DNA of 64,000 bases from Vicugna vicugna (Eukaryota), in assembly GCA_013265495.1 (NCBI GenBank), contig MU058531.1, positions 1,984,911-2,048,910 of the forward strand, read 5' to 3'. This document shows positions 1 to 13,632 of the stretch, piece by piece. How positions within the stretch are numbered: the first letter of the stretch is position 1; the number at the start of each line of letters is the position of its first letter. Under the pieces are notes generated by a model. The model saw nothing but the letters and a program-made list of their open reading frames with translations. It was not told the DNA's origin and searched no databases. The position numbers were made by a program, and so were the translations under genes.

Positions 1-158
1 GGAAACATCCAAGGTCAAACATGTTAAGAAAAGTACATCCTCAGAAATAGAACATAAAAAAATCTATAATCTAGTCAACCTTACTGTAACATGACTGCCT
101 GAAGTGCTGATGGAACAAAGAGTTAGTCTGCAGGAAGTATTAAAAAGATAGAAGAGTT

Positions 159-315
159 GGGGGAGGGTATAGCTCAGTGGTAGAGGGACTTCCTAGCTTG
201 CCCAAGGTCCTGGGTTCAATCCCCAGTACCTCCTCTAAAAATAAATACATAAATGAACCTAATTACCTCCCCCTTCAAAAAGAATAAATTAAAAAAATAA
301 TAATAACAGAAAATA
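159..315 (+). mobile_element. tRNA-derived SINE (camelid Vic-1-like)
   Basis: GGGGAGGGTATAGCTCAGTGGTAGAG (A box) ... GGTTCAATCCC (B box), A-rich tail with cctaattacctcccc motif; degenerate flanking direct repeat (aaaagatagaagagt / aaaagacaaaagagt). Confidence 0.85.
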
Positions 316-1734
316 AAAGACAAAAGAGTAGGTTAAGAAACCGTAGTGTTTGCCTAGTGCAAACTAACAGGAGATAGGTGGGTTTTATCATACTGGTGGG
401 AATACTCTTCTGTGGGACAAAAGGGCTCATTTGATGTTTCCAGAGCCTGAAAACCATAATTTTCTCTATGTTCTGATTATAAATTCCTGAAAGACTGTTC
501 TATTAATTAATTTAGTGCCTTTCTATTGTGAAGAGGTGGCTCTTGAACTAGTAGACAAATACTCAGCCACTGAAATTGTATTTCTGTTACATCCATCCCC
601 ATGATAAGTTAAAACACTGGTATTCTGATTTGTCCAGTGATCCTCGAGAGGTGGGTACTCGTGCATTCATTTGGTTGGCATAAATCATCCCTCTACGGCA
701 AATAGTCCCTGGGAAGACTGGTAAATAAAATTTTAGTTCCTGGATGTGTGTTACTAGGAACTGAAACTTAAGAGGCTGTACCCAAATTGTGTCCCATGAG
801 AGGCCCTGCTACTAACTTGCATCTCTCTGACATACTTCTTTTCTTTAAAGCATTCCCCAAGACTGAAATGTTGTCAGTATGTCACGTTACTTACCAAAAA
901 TTATATTCTTACGTACCTAGCATATGAATCTGTTTTAGAATCTCGTGATACTTCCACATAAAATATTCATATTCAATATTTCAACAGAAGCAGAAGAAAT
1001 GCTTCTCGACAGCTGCGCTTCGGCCATCTGGCTTTCTCTTCCAACAATGGTCTGGTTTTCTGATCTCTATTTTCAATTAATAACCAGAATGTAGTTTTTG
1101 ATCCAGTAATTGGACAAACACTCTCTGATGGAGAGATGACTTAAAGCTAAAGGAGCCTTGTAAGACAACTGCCAAATAAGAATCCTGCAAAGTACTAGAG
1201 CATGGAAGCCTTATCCAAAAGAACTCTTGCCCAGCACCCTCCCTTTCCTGCAGCTTATGATGGGAAAACAAAAGCCCACTGGCCGTGCTGGGCTGCCAAA
1301 ACTGCTCGGACCTCACCTCTGAGCTCCCATGTCTCTGCTATCAATCCAGGGCCCAAGCTCCAGGGCCCTGTCCCAATACTTTCATTCCAAGCCTGACCCT
1401 TTTCATCGTAGTTTTGCAACTAGCTCAGAAGTAAGTCACTTTAAAGATTTAAAAATAAAAAAAAAATTCTTTTAAAAAGATTATGGGGCATGACTCCCAT
1501 AAGAAAAAAAAAAATGCCTGGAAGTCAAGATAGTCAGGTTCCAGCCTAGGCTTTACTCTGTGATCTTGCACAAGACGTTTCACTTACCCGAGTCTCATTT
1601 ATATAATGAGGGATTTGAACTAGGTGAATGGTTTTCAAATTTCTAGGGGCAGCCAGCGGCATTCCTTTTACTATACAAAAATCTTACCTAAAACCCTAAT
1701 ATACAAACAGATAAAAATACATCTTACTTTGTAA

Positions 1735-3165
1735 TACAATGTCAGTATCTCTTAGGCATCACAAACTGAATGTGTTTAAAAATGAACTTTTTCTTTTCTT
1801 TTTCCTTTTAATTAATTTAGTTAGTTATTGAAGCAAAGTTGATTTACAATGTTGTGTTAGTTTCTAAATGTACTCTTGACATCTACTTTAAATCTATTCT
1901 CTCCCATTCCCATTTCAATACATGGCATCATAGTTCACCCAATTGCTCAGGCCAGAACCCGAACATCATTTTTGAATCTTCCTTGTTTGCTCTCCCCATT
2001 CAGTACTTCAACCTAATGCCGTTAAGGAGGGCTGATTCTACCCCCAGAATATACCTTCCATTTATCCACTTCTTTCCAACTCCATTGCCATCACCCTATT
2101 TTAAAACACTGTCTTCGCTTGCCTAGACTACTACCCTCATGCTGAACTAGACAACCCACTCCTCTCACTCCACTCCAAACAACTGCCAGAGTGCTCTTGT
2201 AAAAACATAAATCCGATCACTTGACCCTGCTTTAAAACATTCATAGCTTTCTTCTTGTACTTGGACCAAGTTCAAAAACCTTACCGGGAGCTAAAGCCCA
2301 GCAAGATCAGATTTCCTTCCTTCCTTCAACCTCATCTTAATACACCCTCCTTTCTCTCCCACCAGGCTCACCCTTTCTGGGCTCCATGTACTTCCTCAAA
2401 CACACAAAGCCCTTTCTTGCCTCAGGCACCACCCTCCCACCCCCAACTGCCCCCTTTTAATACATCTTTATTAAGATGTAATTCACATATTATACAATTC
2501 ATCCTTTTAACCCATTAGCCGTCATTCCCCATTTTCCTTGAACCCTCTCTCATCCCTGGGCAACCATTAGTCTACTTTCTGTCTCAATAGATTTGCCTAT
2601 TCTGGACATTTCAGAAAAACAGAATCATTCAATATGTGATCGTTTGTAATTGTCTTCTTTCACTTAGCGTAATGTGAATCTCAAGGTTTATCAGTGTTGC
2701 AGTATTTATCAGTACTATGCTTCAAGCCTCTTAAAATAGCTGTCTTATGATGTCTGGAATTTCCTTTAAAATAGTCTAAGGGGAAAAAGTGGGGGATTAT
2801 ATGTAACAAGATCGGCAAAAATGTTGAAGTTAAGTGATGGGTATATAGTTCATTAAATGATTCTATTTTTGTGTATATTTGGAAACTTCCAAAATAAAAA
2901 ATTTATTTAAAGATAGCTGCCTTTCCATCCTTTGGATTTCAGTTTAAAAAACATCTCTTCAGAGAATACTATCTTACCTCAGAGGGAACCTCCCATTTTT
3001 CCTGCCTAGTTCTTATCACAACTTTCGAGTATAAAAATGTTTTGTCTCATTGACTTACTGTCTCTCTTTCCCACAAGAGTGAACACTCAGCAGGGAGATC
3101 TAGATCTAGAGTCTAGCACGGCATCTGATCCACAGTAAACACACAAACACTTACTAAATAAAATT
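1735..3165 (+). mobile_element. Degenerate L2 element interrupted by L1 fragments
   Basis: taggcatcacaaactgaatgtg...cacccaattgctcaggccagaacc...actgccagagtg...gatcacttgaccctgctttaaaac motifs; antisense L1 pieces at about 1790-1865 and 2455-2715. Boundaries approximate. Confidence 0.55.
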
Positions 3166-6100
3166 AGGGTGGACAGCCCAGAACCCCTCCTTCATTATTA
3201 GTTTAGGCTCCTCCCAGGCCAACTTCCTACAAAAGTGAAAATCTAGTGGTCTCATTTCCCTCACCACCACTTGTGCTCAAATTGTCCTACCACTATAAGC
3301 AGTAACATTTCAGGTATTATAACCATGAAAATTCAGAAATGTCTTCAGCTGTCTATGTGTCACTCTAGGACCACCCATTCCTTTAGACAAGAAAGCTCCC
3401 ATAACGGGGTTAGAATTAGCAGGATGGTATGTTTGTATCACAGTCTCACTGACACAGCAGATCTCTTCTCCTTTGAGCAGGCTTTTGGCGGAAAGACCCA
3501 ATTCCTACTTGGTACGCAAGTTTGTTTTATCACATTCTTAGAGCCTTTGTTATTGACTAACTCATCCATCAATGTCAATAGATTTGTAGGGAATAAATAT
3601 ACACAGAAGTACATTTTACAACAGTAACACCAATCCAGTAGTAACTCCAATCATTCTTTGCATTTGCTCATTTACATTATTTTAAAATATCTTTTATATT
3701 TTCTTGCTGCCCTTTAACTAAGAAATTCTGTTAAACACCAAGAGCGCTGGCATAGCCAACATCTCTACTTATAGACAAAAGTCTCCCAGAAACCATAAAA
3801 ATTCATGCAGAATAAAAACACAACATATATTTTAATCAAGTGTGCTGCTAAATGTGTAAGCAAGATCATGCACGACATAAGCTATCAGGCTAGTTTCTAA
3901 CAGGGGCTGCAGCTAAGATGCATGTCAAAGCTTGTGGAAGTCAGAACACTCCAGAAAGAAAATGTTAACATTCTCTGCTGTCATTTTGATTCCACAAGGG
4001 AAATCAACATTTGTCTACTGGCACGTACCTCGAAAATAAAAGTGGGTATCACTGGGAAATTGAATTGAATTTTTACATACTTTATATACAATCAATATTC
4101 ATTTTCAGATCCTATCCTTTCACACCTAATTCTTCTTCCCAACTATTACCATTTCAACCACACTACTGGAAGTGCTTGGTTTGCCAAACAGTCTACCCTC
4201 CAATACTGGATTCCCCGGCTACACCGTCAACTGATGTGCAAGTTCTCTCCTGTTTTCCTTCTTTGTATCAGAAAACTCTCCTTGTAAAGCCTGACATAAC
4301 TGTGTCAAAAACCATTCATCAGGGCAGCACAGCCCATCTCATTGTCAGCGTCTCCTCTCCAGCTGGCCCCCACTGCATACACTCACGTACACATGCTCCA
4401 AGCATCTGGTCATACCAATCTCACCTCGAAGGTTTTTTTTTTAAGTTGAATCAGATACCTGGAGTGCTTTGCTTCCCACTCCCCTTCCATCATCCAAATA
4501 GTTCCTGAAATTCTACCTATTCCAGGAAGCTTTTCCAGATTTATCAGGAGAGGTGAAAGATTCCACTGGCCTAATTCTTGCTGACAGATCTCAAAACTGT
4601 CACAGATAATTCCCTTTGCCCTCTATTCCTAAAATATTTACCAACATGTATGTAATGCATAGATTTTGAGTTACAGCTACACTTTAATCACAGGTAAAGT
4701 AACATATATCAACAAGTTCACTTTTTATGCTTTTGGGGGGAAATCTAAATTTTGTCTGGAGGAAAGAAATCAAACATTATAACTCCTGATCACACAAATA
4801 ACTGAGTATGGGGAAATCTGCCAGGTTATCAAATGTATACTATGTGATGCTGGCCCAGATGAGTATATTTCAGGGAATGAGACTGGATATGAGGTACACC
4901 TGCCCATCCCATATGACTAAGTCACTATACTTTATGAAGATGGCTTTCCTTTTTCAGCTTTGGGAAGAAAAGACTAAAAGCATGAAACAAAAATTTTCTG
5001 CCTAGTCTTTTCTCATTACAGAAAATCAACTCTCAAGTCTTTCAGTGTTCTCTCTCCCCTTCTCTGCCCCATACTTACTCTCTCTCCTTTGTCATTATTT
5101 TCTTCGTTTACAACTATCAAACCGCAAACTTATAGAGAGAAGTGACCAAGTCATTCTAGGGAGTGTTTAGCTTAGCTCTTGATGCAAAAATGATCATGGT
5201 TTCTGAAAAAACGATTAAGTCAAACCTTACAAATAGATATGGGGAAGGTAACAGAAGCAGGAAGAGTAATTATTTCTGCAGGAGTTCAGAAACTACAGGT
5301 GGTCTTATGTTCTTGCATTTAACATACTATGATTTTTAAATATAAAATAATTTAAAAAAAACATAATGCCAAACTCTAGTCTGCATAGATGTGGGATTTT
5401 ACTTCAAATACAATTCTCAACAATAAGCATTTAATAAGTGGTAGCTCTATGTAGGTCACAGTCATAGGCACAAGAGACAATTGTCCTCAAAGAACTTATC
5501 TCCAGTTGAAGAATCAGGGCATACAGAGAAGGCAGGAAGAATGTGAGGGAACAGAAGCAGAGGGAAACACTGCCTGTGAGGCCACTGGGCAAGGCCTCCT
5601 GGGAGCGGGTAAGACTTGAATTGGGCATGGATGCATGAACTAAGGGCAGGTTTTAGGTAAGTAAATGAGAGGAAAGGTGGACAGCACTTGCAAAGGCTCG
5701 ACAGTGGGAAAGCACAGGGATTGGTCAGGGGAAGGTGAGGTGGGAAAACAATGGAGATGATGAGGTGGGTGAAACAGGGAGAAGCCAGATGATGGGGCAC
5801 CTGAATGGAGAAAGAGTGTGAGACGGACAAAGTGGTGTTTCACGAAGATGAAATAAAAGAAATGGAAAGAGAAGGTCAAGGCCCGAGACACCAGAGGGGA
5901 AATAAGAAACCAGACAAGACCTGGTAACTGATCAGTGTCTAAGAAGAGAATAACCCCTGCTCTCTCCAGATGGTGGCCTTCCCTGTTCCTTTCTGAGAGT
6001 GATCCATTTTCTAGCAACATGAAAAAAAAAATGTATCTTACAAAATAATTTCTAGTAATATTATTTTCTACACTTGAAAATTTAAAATCGTAAGGTTAAA

Positions 6101-7382
6101 AATGTTTGATGGCATTTACTTCCATGGTTAAAAAATAATCAGCTCTACCATATTTCTGTTCACTATCAAGTGAAAATAAAACTGACTGTATGATTCCACC
6201 ATGAAGGAAGGTTTCAATGGTAAAGCAAATACATAGGTTTTACCAGTATTCACCCATTCAACGAATATTTACTGTGGAATAAATAAAAAAATACTATGAA
6301 TTTAATATTATTATCCTCTCTTCAGTACTCAACTACAAAGTCAGAGACAGCCTGACGAACAGTAAACGCTACCCAGTAAGCAGCCAAAAGACAAAGGTTT
6401 TGGACTTGGCTCTGACTTTAACTTGAGATTACATGGCAAGAAAATGACTTCACCTCTCCCAGCTTCTGCAAATAAGCACCACAGCAAATGACATTTGTGG
6501 AATGCTTTTAGTTTGCATGGAGAGGTTTTCCTCTCCCTTTTTTTAATACTATAATTTCACCAACTAATATTCTTGAAGTTGGACAAGCTTGGTTTTATTA
6601 CCTCATGATTTACCAGATGACGATACCAGACGTAAGTGATAAAGCTATGATGACAACCTAGGTCTCTGACCCTAAATCTCATACTTTTTCTACTACATTA
6701 GACTCACCCTATTTCATGAAATTATGTGAACAAATTACAGATATGAAATGCTTTAGAAAGATTACAGCAATGCACAAATGAAAGCTTGGGTGCGACCAGG
6801 AGAGAATGCGAGCTTTACGGGGACTACAATCTCCTATGCAAGTTGAGGATCCCTCTTTCAGAAAAAGAATACAAAAATAAAGATCTTAGCAGGGACCCAT
6901 GAAAGTGAGGGCTCCTGAAACTTAAGTTTCATTTAGCTTCAAGGTAAATCTACCTCTGGCTGTGAACACAAAAAAAAATTCACCAGTCCACCTACTAAGA
7001 TAAAGAACTGCCCTCTAAAACCTAGCTTCTTTCTTCTAAGTAGTGTGAGAAGAACACAGTGGAAGACAGGACAAAAAAGAAAAAAAAAAAAGCTTGGTCT
7101 TTCTTTTCTCAAGATCATTCCCAATAAACCATGTAACAAAAACTTCCAGTTAGAAATAGTCTTTGCTATGTTCTTACTAGGATTAAAAAAAAAAAATTAC
7201 CAACCAACAATGAAAAATAATTATAGTGAACATGATGAGAATTATGGCACTAAAATAATTAAGCTAGAGCAACATATCATACAGTAAGTATTGCTTTACA
7301 CACACACACAGGTATAAACACACACACACTCATACTTATTTACAATTTGGCAAGCAAAAGATCTCATTAAAAAAATTTTTAC

Positions 7383-7406
7383 CTCGTCTCCGCCCATAGC
7401 TCCTGG
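7383..7406 (-). CDS. CPEB3: CPEB3 24-nt alternative microexon (T-RSYGRRR-G; CPEB2-4 'B region')
   Basis: Minus strand tacatgcag|CCAGGAGCTATGGGCGGAGACGAG|gtaaaa; phase 1/1, frame preserving; peptide matches the conserved RxYGRRR microexon of CPEB2/3/4. Confidence 0.9.
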
Positions 7407-10092
7407 CTGCATGTAAACACAGAAGAAAACCATGGGTATTTGTATCAAAGTTGTGAATTTAGAAATAAAAAAAATATTCACACAAACCTTTTCTAAGTAT
7501 TCTCAGAATTAATTAATCTGGGGATACCGTTCAACTTCACTACAGACATATTAAAAGAAAATCTTTAAGGAGTACAAATTAAATCACAAGCTTAAAGAGA
7601 AATCCAACTGGATGTGGCAGCCACTGGAAAAGACACAATGGGTGCTTAAGTTTCACAAGCCGTATAAGGATTAATATGGCGGCCCATTATCTACATCAGA
7701 TATAGATAAACAGAGTTCTTGAAAATTTTTTGACTTCTAAATCATCATTTGTACTATATATTACCACCAGACATCACTTTAAAGGAAAAAACCATTCACA
7801 CACATACACACACACACTCACACTTCACAGAGTCCCCTAAAAACTGTACATTCTACAATTAGCTCTTGCTTTACAGAATGTGTTTCCGTAAATTTTTCTG
7901 TGAAGTTTCTCTTAGTTTCCTCATTTTACTTTCCATACAGTATCACAGATGGGGGGGGGGGAACAATATCTTTTTCATCTAGAAAGGGAACTGAAAAAGG
8001 AGAAAGGGATTAAGGCAATGGGTACACGCCAGGCTAAGCTGAAGAACAGAGAACTTTCAAGATTTTCTTCCCCTTCAAAACTCAAGGCCCACAGAACACA
8101 CTGTCACAATGTTCAATGGAGCTAGACTGTGCTATCATACATATATTGCTGGGAGTTCTTGCCGTCTAAGGTGACCTTCAAAGTGGAAAGTTTTTCAAAT
8201 TTGAATCCTCGGGCTCTATAAAAATAAATGAAAACTCAAATCTATTTTCTAAAGGATTGAAATGTTATAATATTCACTTAAAATCAAAAAACAAGGATAA
8301 TTTGGGGTTACATTTGCAGTATAAAGAAGTATTAAAGAAAATTACTTCTCTACTAGGAAGAGAATTTAGACTTTTCAGCTAGAAATTTGAAATACCACTT
8401 GGCCAATCTCACCTTCTAGTTCCCACTTCTCTCCAGACATCACACTCTCACCTATGCACCTTTGACACTAACATTAAAAGGATTTTCCAGTTCAAACCCT
8501 ACTTACTCTAACTCCTTCCATTACTATAACTCTCAGTGAAAAACAGCTTTTCAGAATTTACATAGCAATTACTGTTTACTTCACTTACAAAGGGAATGCA
8601 TTCAAAAAAAAAAACAATTAAGGAACTTTCACACTTTTCATTATTTGGAACCTGGAATTCATCTTCCCAAAGAATGTATAATAAATGGTAGTTTCCTAGC
8701 CTGGCCCCCAAAAAAGCCTGCTTTACATATGCTAATGTGGGTGAATCAATACTAACAGACAACACTTTGAAAAAGAGATTAAATAAGTTTTGGCATCCTA
8801 CCATTTATTTCTTTGTCCCTTCCCCCATCCCCAATGATGTCATGCTGCCCAACACCCCCTTACTGCAAAACCTCTATTTAGAGAGGAAATAAAACATTCT
8901 GTATTTCAAAATTACTCCTTTCTTTCCCAAACAACACATTCCCATTCTTTCATTGTATACGATTTCTGGGAGATACTCAAAGAAAAATAATCTGATCACC
9001 ATACTAAGGTACAAATGACTCATCAGACCTTAACACCCCAAAGGATAAATGAGAATACTGCTCACTCAAGTCTTCAATTGCTAAATATTCAGGTAACACT
9101 GAACACAAAGTGGACAGATCCAGAAAGGCTTGGCGTGGGGAGGGGCATCCTGAATTGGAGACGAGGGAAAAGCTGCAAAAGATACATTTGGGAGTTTTAA
9201 TCAAAGTTTCCTTGAACTCTCACAATTTTTATAGGTTCTTCTCTTTTCTCATTTTTAATCCAAGACAGTAAATTGGTTCATGTTAGTCTGGAGACTCTGA
9301 TAACATGGAGGCAAGATGTCACATGGAAGAGGCAGCCAATTTAAAGCAGTGATCTGAGATGATTCAATTTGCTTTCATTCATTATGGAATAATGATGTGC
9401 TACCTTGGTCCAAATTTCAATAGTTTTATCTATGATCTCTATGGTGATTATTATTACAGCAGCTAAAACTTACTGAGTACTTACTACGTGAGGGGAGTAG
9501 TTCAAAAAGCTTTATATGTATTAGTATCATTTAATATACCTCACATCTTTATGACTTAAGTATTCTTATTAGCCTCTTCTTACAAACAAGGAAAATGGGA
9601 CACAGAATTAAGTATCTTGCCTAAAATCACACAGCTCAGGAAGTGGGTAGACTTGGAATATGAACCTAAGCACTCTGGCTCCAGAGTCTACACTTTCAAC
9701 CACCTTACTATCGTGTTAAATTCCTAGAGGACAAGGTCAACATCTTACACTTCTCCTAATACCTAATGTACCTGGTGGAATGCTCTGTATCAAGCTGATA
9801 CTCAACAAATATGGCTTGTTAACTGAGTGTGCAATCAAGACAGGGAGTAATACATGCCATAATGGCCTTCTGAATGTAGGCCACCTCTGTTGGTGATTAA
9901 ACATTTGCTCATGAGGGCCATTTGCAAATAGACTAATTACAGTCAAACTCTTCCCTAAGGGAGAGGTAATGAAGTGAACACCAAGGAGAGAAATTTAGAA
10001 GCATAAAAGTAGTGCTTTCCCCTGAGAACAAATATGACTTTTAAACAAGAAAGAATATTGAATATGTAAACTTACATGAGGCAACACAAAAC

Positions 10093-10394
10093 GATTCCAC
10101 ATAGAAAAAAAGGAAGTAATGTGACTAATTCTATGTAATATATCCTATGCTAGTATAGATTTATACTAGATATAAGATGTGATAAACTTTCAAAGTTCTA
10201 TGTATTTCCTCCAAGAACTTTAATTCTTTATTATCATCATCACAGATTCCACATAGAAGGAAGTAATGTGACTAATTCTATGTAATATATCCTATGCTAG
10301 TATAGATTTATACTAGATATAAGATGTGATAAACTTTCAAAGTTCTATGTATTTCCTCCAAGAACTTTAATTCTTTATTATCATCATCACAGAT
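10093..10394. repeat. Tandem duplication of about 150 bp (two near-identical copies)
   Basis: Copy 1 at 10093-10244 and copy 2 at 10245-10394; the only difference I saw is the length of the A run after gattccacatag. Confidence 0.9.
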
Positions 10395-10483
10395 AAAATT
10401 CTGTTACTATTTCATTATAGTTTTTATAGTTTTCATTATATATTTCATTATATATTAAACAATTTTAGACCCCATAAAAAAAC

Positions 10484-10968
10484 NNNNNNNNNNNNNNNNN
10501 NNNNNNNNNNNNNNNNNNNNNNNNNNNNNNNNNNNNNNNNNNNNNNNNNNNNNNNNNNNNNNNNNNNNNNNNNNNNNNNNNNNNNNNNNNNNNNNNNNNN
10601 NNNNNNNNNNNNNNNNNNNNNNNNNNNNNNNNNNNNNNNNNNNNNNNNNNNNNNNNNNNNNNNNNNNNNNNNNNNNNNNNNNNNNNNNNNNNNNNNNNNN
10701 NNNNNNNNNNNNNNNNNNNNNNNNNNNNNNNNNNNNNNNNNNNNNNNNNNNNNNNNNNNNNNNNNNNNNNNNNNNNNNNNNNNNNNNNNNNNNNNNNNNN
10801 NNNNNNNNNNNNNNNNNNNNNNNNNNNNNNNNNNNNNNNNNNNNNNNNNNNNNNNNNNNNNNNNNNNNNNNNNNNNNNNNNNNNNNNNNNNNNNNNNNNN
10901 NNNNNNNNNNNNNNNNNNNNNNNNNNNNNNNNNNNNNNNNNNNNNNNNNNNNNNNNNNNNNNNNNNNN
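10484..10968. other. Assembly gap (485 N)
   Basis: Run of n characters. Confidence 1.
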
Positions 10969-11698
10969 GAGTGGCTCAGCAGAGAGAGAAGGGAGGGAGA
11001 GAGGAGGGGGAGAAAAGGGAGAATGAAGGCAGAGAAGGAAAGAGATCTCTATCTCCACTCTTTCGGATCAAAGTAACACATACCCATTTCAGGAACTTGA
11101 GCAGAGCCCCTGGGATGCTGTACTTACGAAAACAAATGAACAAGATACAAAGATCTTAGTACAACATTTTACTAACTGGCTTGGAATTATCTGTTAAGAC
11201 TGTTCAAGGTCAACTGTAGGAACAAACTGTTAATTACTTTCCTTGCAATAAAATCAGTTTCCTGAAAAACACCTTGTAAAATTACTTTCTGAGTACCATT
11301 TTAGCATACAAAATTAAATTCTCTTCGAACATCTAATGGTCCCTTCCAGTTTCCATCTAAGTATCAGTGACACAAAAAGTTCTACCCAAGATGGATTAAG
11401 ATCTTAAAGTTAGTATAAAAATATGCCTTTTTCCCTAATTAGACTGTAAATTCTCAAAGAGCAGGAGTGATGGAGTTTGTCTCATAAATGCTCTTCCTCT
11501 ATTTTTGTCTTTAAAATGCCATGTAAGATAGTTTTACCCCAATAATTCTCAAATCTTGCAAATTATAACTAATAAGATCAATTCCTCCAAAACCAACATG
11601 AATTTGGTAGGTAAAAAGAATGCTTGAAGGAATGGGATACATTTTCATCTGCTACATTCACATAAAGTATTTGGATATTTTAAAATCCCTTCTCCCTT

Positions 11699-11822
11699 GG
11701 GGAAGGGTGTAGCTCAAGTGGTAGAGTGCATATTTAGCATGCACAAGGTCGTGGGTTCAATCCCCAGTCCCTTCTCTAAAAAGAAATAAATCTAATTACC
11801 TCCCCATAAAAATAAATAAAAT
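11699..11822 (+). mobile_element. tRNA-derived SINE (camelid Vic-1-like)
   Basis: Same A/B-box head and ctaattacctcccc tail as the copy at 159; flanked by aatccctt direct repeats. Confidence 0.85.
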
Positions 11823-12194
11823 AGAATCCCTTTTTTCCTACTGTTCTCTCTTTAACTCTTACCATTTTTCTCAGAAAAATCTTTCTATTCTATTTGAAGC
11901 CTAAAAAGCAACACTAATAACTGTCAAGTGTAATACTAATGTTACTTACACAGTTTATAAAGAAGAAATATCATAAAATAAAATAACCTACTGATAATTT
12001 ACCATGTTCCAGGCATTATATGCTAAATGCGCCTGATGTTGTCTATACTAATTACCGAAGCAACTACCATAATACACATTTCCAAATGGGCAACCTGAGA
12101 CCCAAAGAGAATGATGTCCAACTTATTCAGCTACCTAAAGAGCAGAGCTGGGATGGAATCAAAGTTCATACTGGCTCTAAAGCAAGTTTTTTCC

Positions 12195-12589
12195 TTTTAA
12201 GTTGATGTATTATTTACATTCAGTAAAACTCATTCACTCTAAGTTTACAATATGATCAATTTTGGTAATCAGATACAGCCATGTAACTAGTACCGTCATA
12301 ATCAAGACATAGAACAGTTCATCTCCCTAAAATATTCCCCTGTGCCCTTTTGCTACTGATTCCATCCTCCGAACCATGGCCCCTGGCAACCATCAATCTG
12401 CTTTCTGTATGGTAGTTTTGTTTGCCCTCTCTACTTCATATAAATGGAATCAATATATTTGATTTCCTTTACTTAGCAAAATGTTTTCGAAATGTATCCA
12501 TGTCATTACATGTGTTAATATTTCATTTCTCTTTATTGCTGAGTAGTACTGCACAGTATGGACATACCACAATTTATCCATTCACCAGT
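12195..12589 (-). mobile_element. Old L1 3' fragment (L1M-type)
   Basis: Typical antisense L1 3'UTR text (cccctggcaaccatcaatctgctttctgt, ataaatggaatc, tttatccattcacc); boundaries approximate. Confidence 0.65.
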
Positions 12590-12967
12590 TGTTATGGATT
12601 GAAATGCGTCCCCCACAAAATTCGTAGGTTGAAGCCCTAACCTTCAATGTGATTGTATTTGAAGATAGGATTTTTAAAGAGGTAATTAAGGTTAAATGAG
12701 GCCATAAAGGTAGGGCCCTCATTCAACAGGACTCATGTCCTTTTAAGAAGAAGAACTACCAGGAGAGTCCAGGCATAGAGAAAAGGCTGTGTGAGGTCAC
12801 AGCTGGCAGCCACCTGCCAGCCAAGGAGAGAGGCCTCAGGAGAAACCAATCCTGCTGACACCCTGACTTGGACTTCCAGTCTCCAGAACTACGAGAAAAT
12901 AAATTCCTGTTGCTGAAGCCATCCAGTCTACGATAGTCTGTTATAGCAGCCCGAGTCAAGTAACATA
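12590..12967 (+). mobile_element. MaLR solo LTR (MLT1-type) nested in an L1 fragment
   Basis: Starts TGTTATGGATTGAAATGCGTCCCC; contains gtaattaaggttaaatgagg and ttggacttccagtctccagaact...aataaattcctgttg hallmarks; 5-bp TSD ccagt on both sides (12585-12589, 12968-12972). Confidence 0.8.
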
Positions 12968-13499
12968 CCAGTCAGTGGACACTGGAAAAGCCTTTACTCT
13001 TCACCACCAAGACTGAATTCAGAGCCAGTATTTCAAACTATCTATAAAGTCCCTGGAAGTACCCAGAAAGTCCCTAATTCAGGATTTCCACAAACTTATC
13101 ACCCTCTAAGAGTTTGCTTTTAGGATCATAATCTAAGATTAATAAAAAGGAACTTCTCACTCAAATTTTGTTTCATCATTACTACCATCACACTGTTTTT
13201 GTTTTTTATTAACCACTACACTTAAAGCTGTTATTTAATGAATTACAATCAGAATGTAATAGGTGTTTTCGTGGATTGGTCAGAAAATCTAATTGTCATT
13301 AGTAACATATGAAACTATAGCCTACATGCTAAGCAACTGAACTTTTACAACAATCTGTTTCATTGCTTACAAAATCTTACAGGAAACTTATAGATCTTTA
13401 ATCAGTCTCCCAAACAAAACAGGAATTACTTCTACGACCAACACAAAGACGTTCTACCTGGCTCTGCTAGAATACCTTAATCAATAGTTAAAAGACTTC

Positions 13500-13632
13500 A
13501 ATGAAAAAGAATATGAAAATGAATATATGTGCATATATATATATTTTTTGCATGACTGGGACATTATACTGTATACCAGAAATTGACACATTATAACTGA
13601 CTATAGTTTAATTAAACAAACAAACAAACAAA
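13500..13632 (+). mobile_element. 5'-truncated young L1 3' end
   Basis: aatgaaaaagaatatg...ctgtataccagaaattgacacattataactgactata plus (caaa)n tail, typical of artiodactyl L1 termini. Confidence 0.65.

Noticed and set aside
159..232. tRNA-like sequences with A and B boxes (also 11699, 28289, 49650)
   Set aside because: Diverged copies with A-rich tails and direct repeats; these are SINEs, not tRNA genes.
4011..4508. 165-aa ORF and the many other 60-130 aa intronic ORFs
   Set aside because: No recognisable homology, many non-ATG starts, several overlap decayed repeats; expected by chance in intron.
1..7382. Downstream CPEB3 exons (SSLFPFED..., RRM1/2, ZZ domain)
   Set aside because: Looked for by eye on the minus strand and not found; presumed to lie beyond the left edge of the window.
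10465..11058. 197-aa ORF
   Set aside because: Artefact of translating through the N gap.
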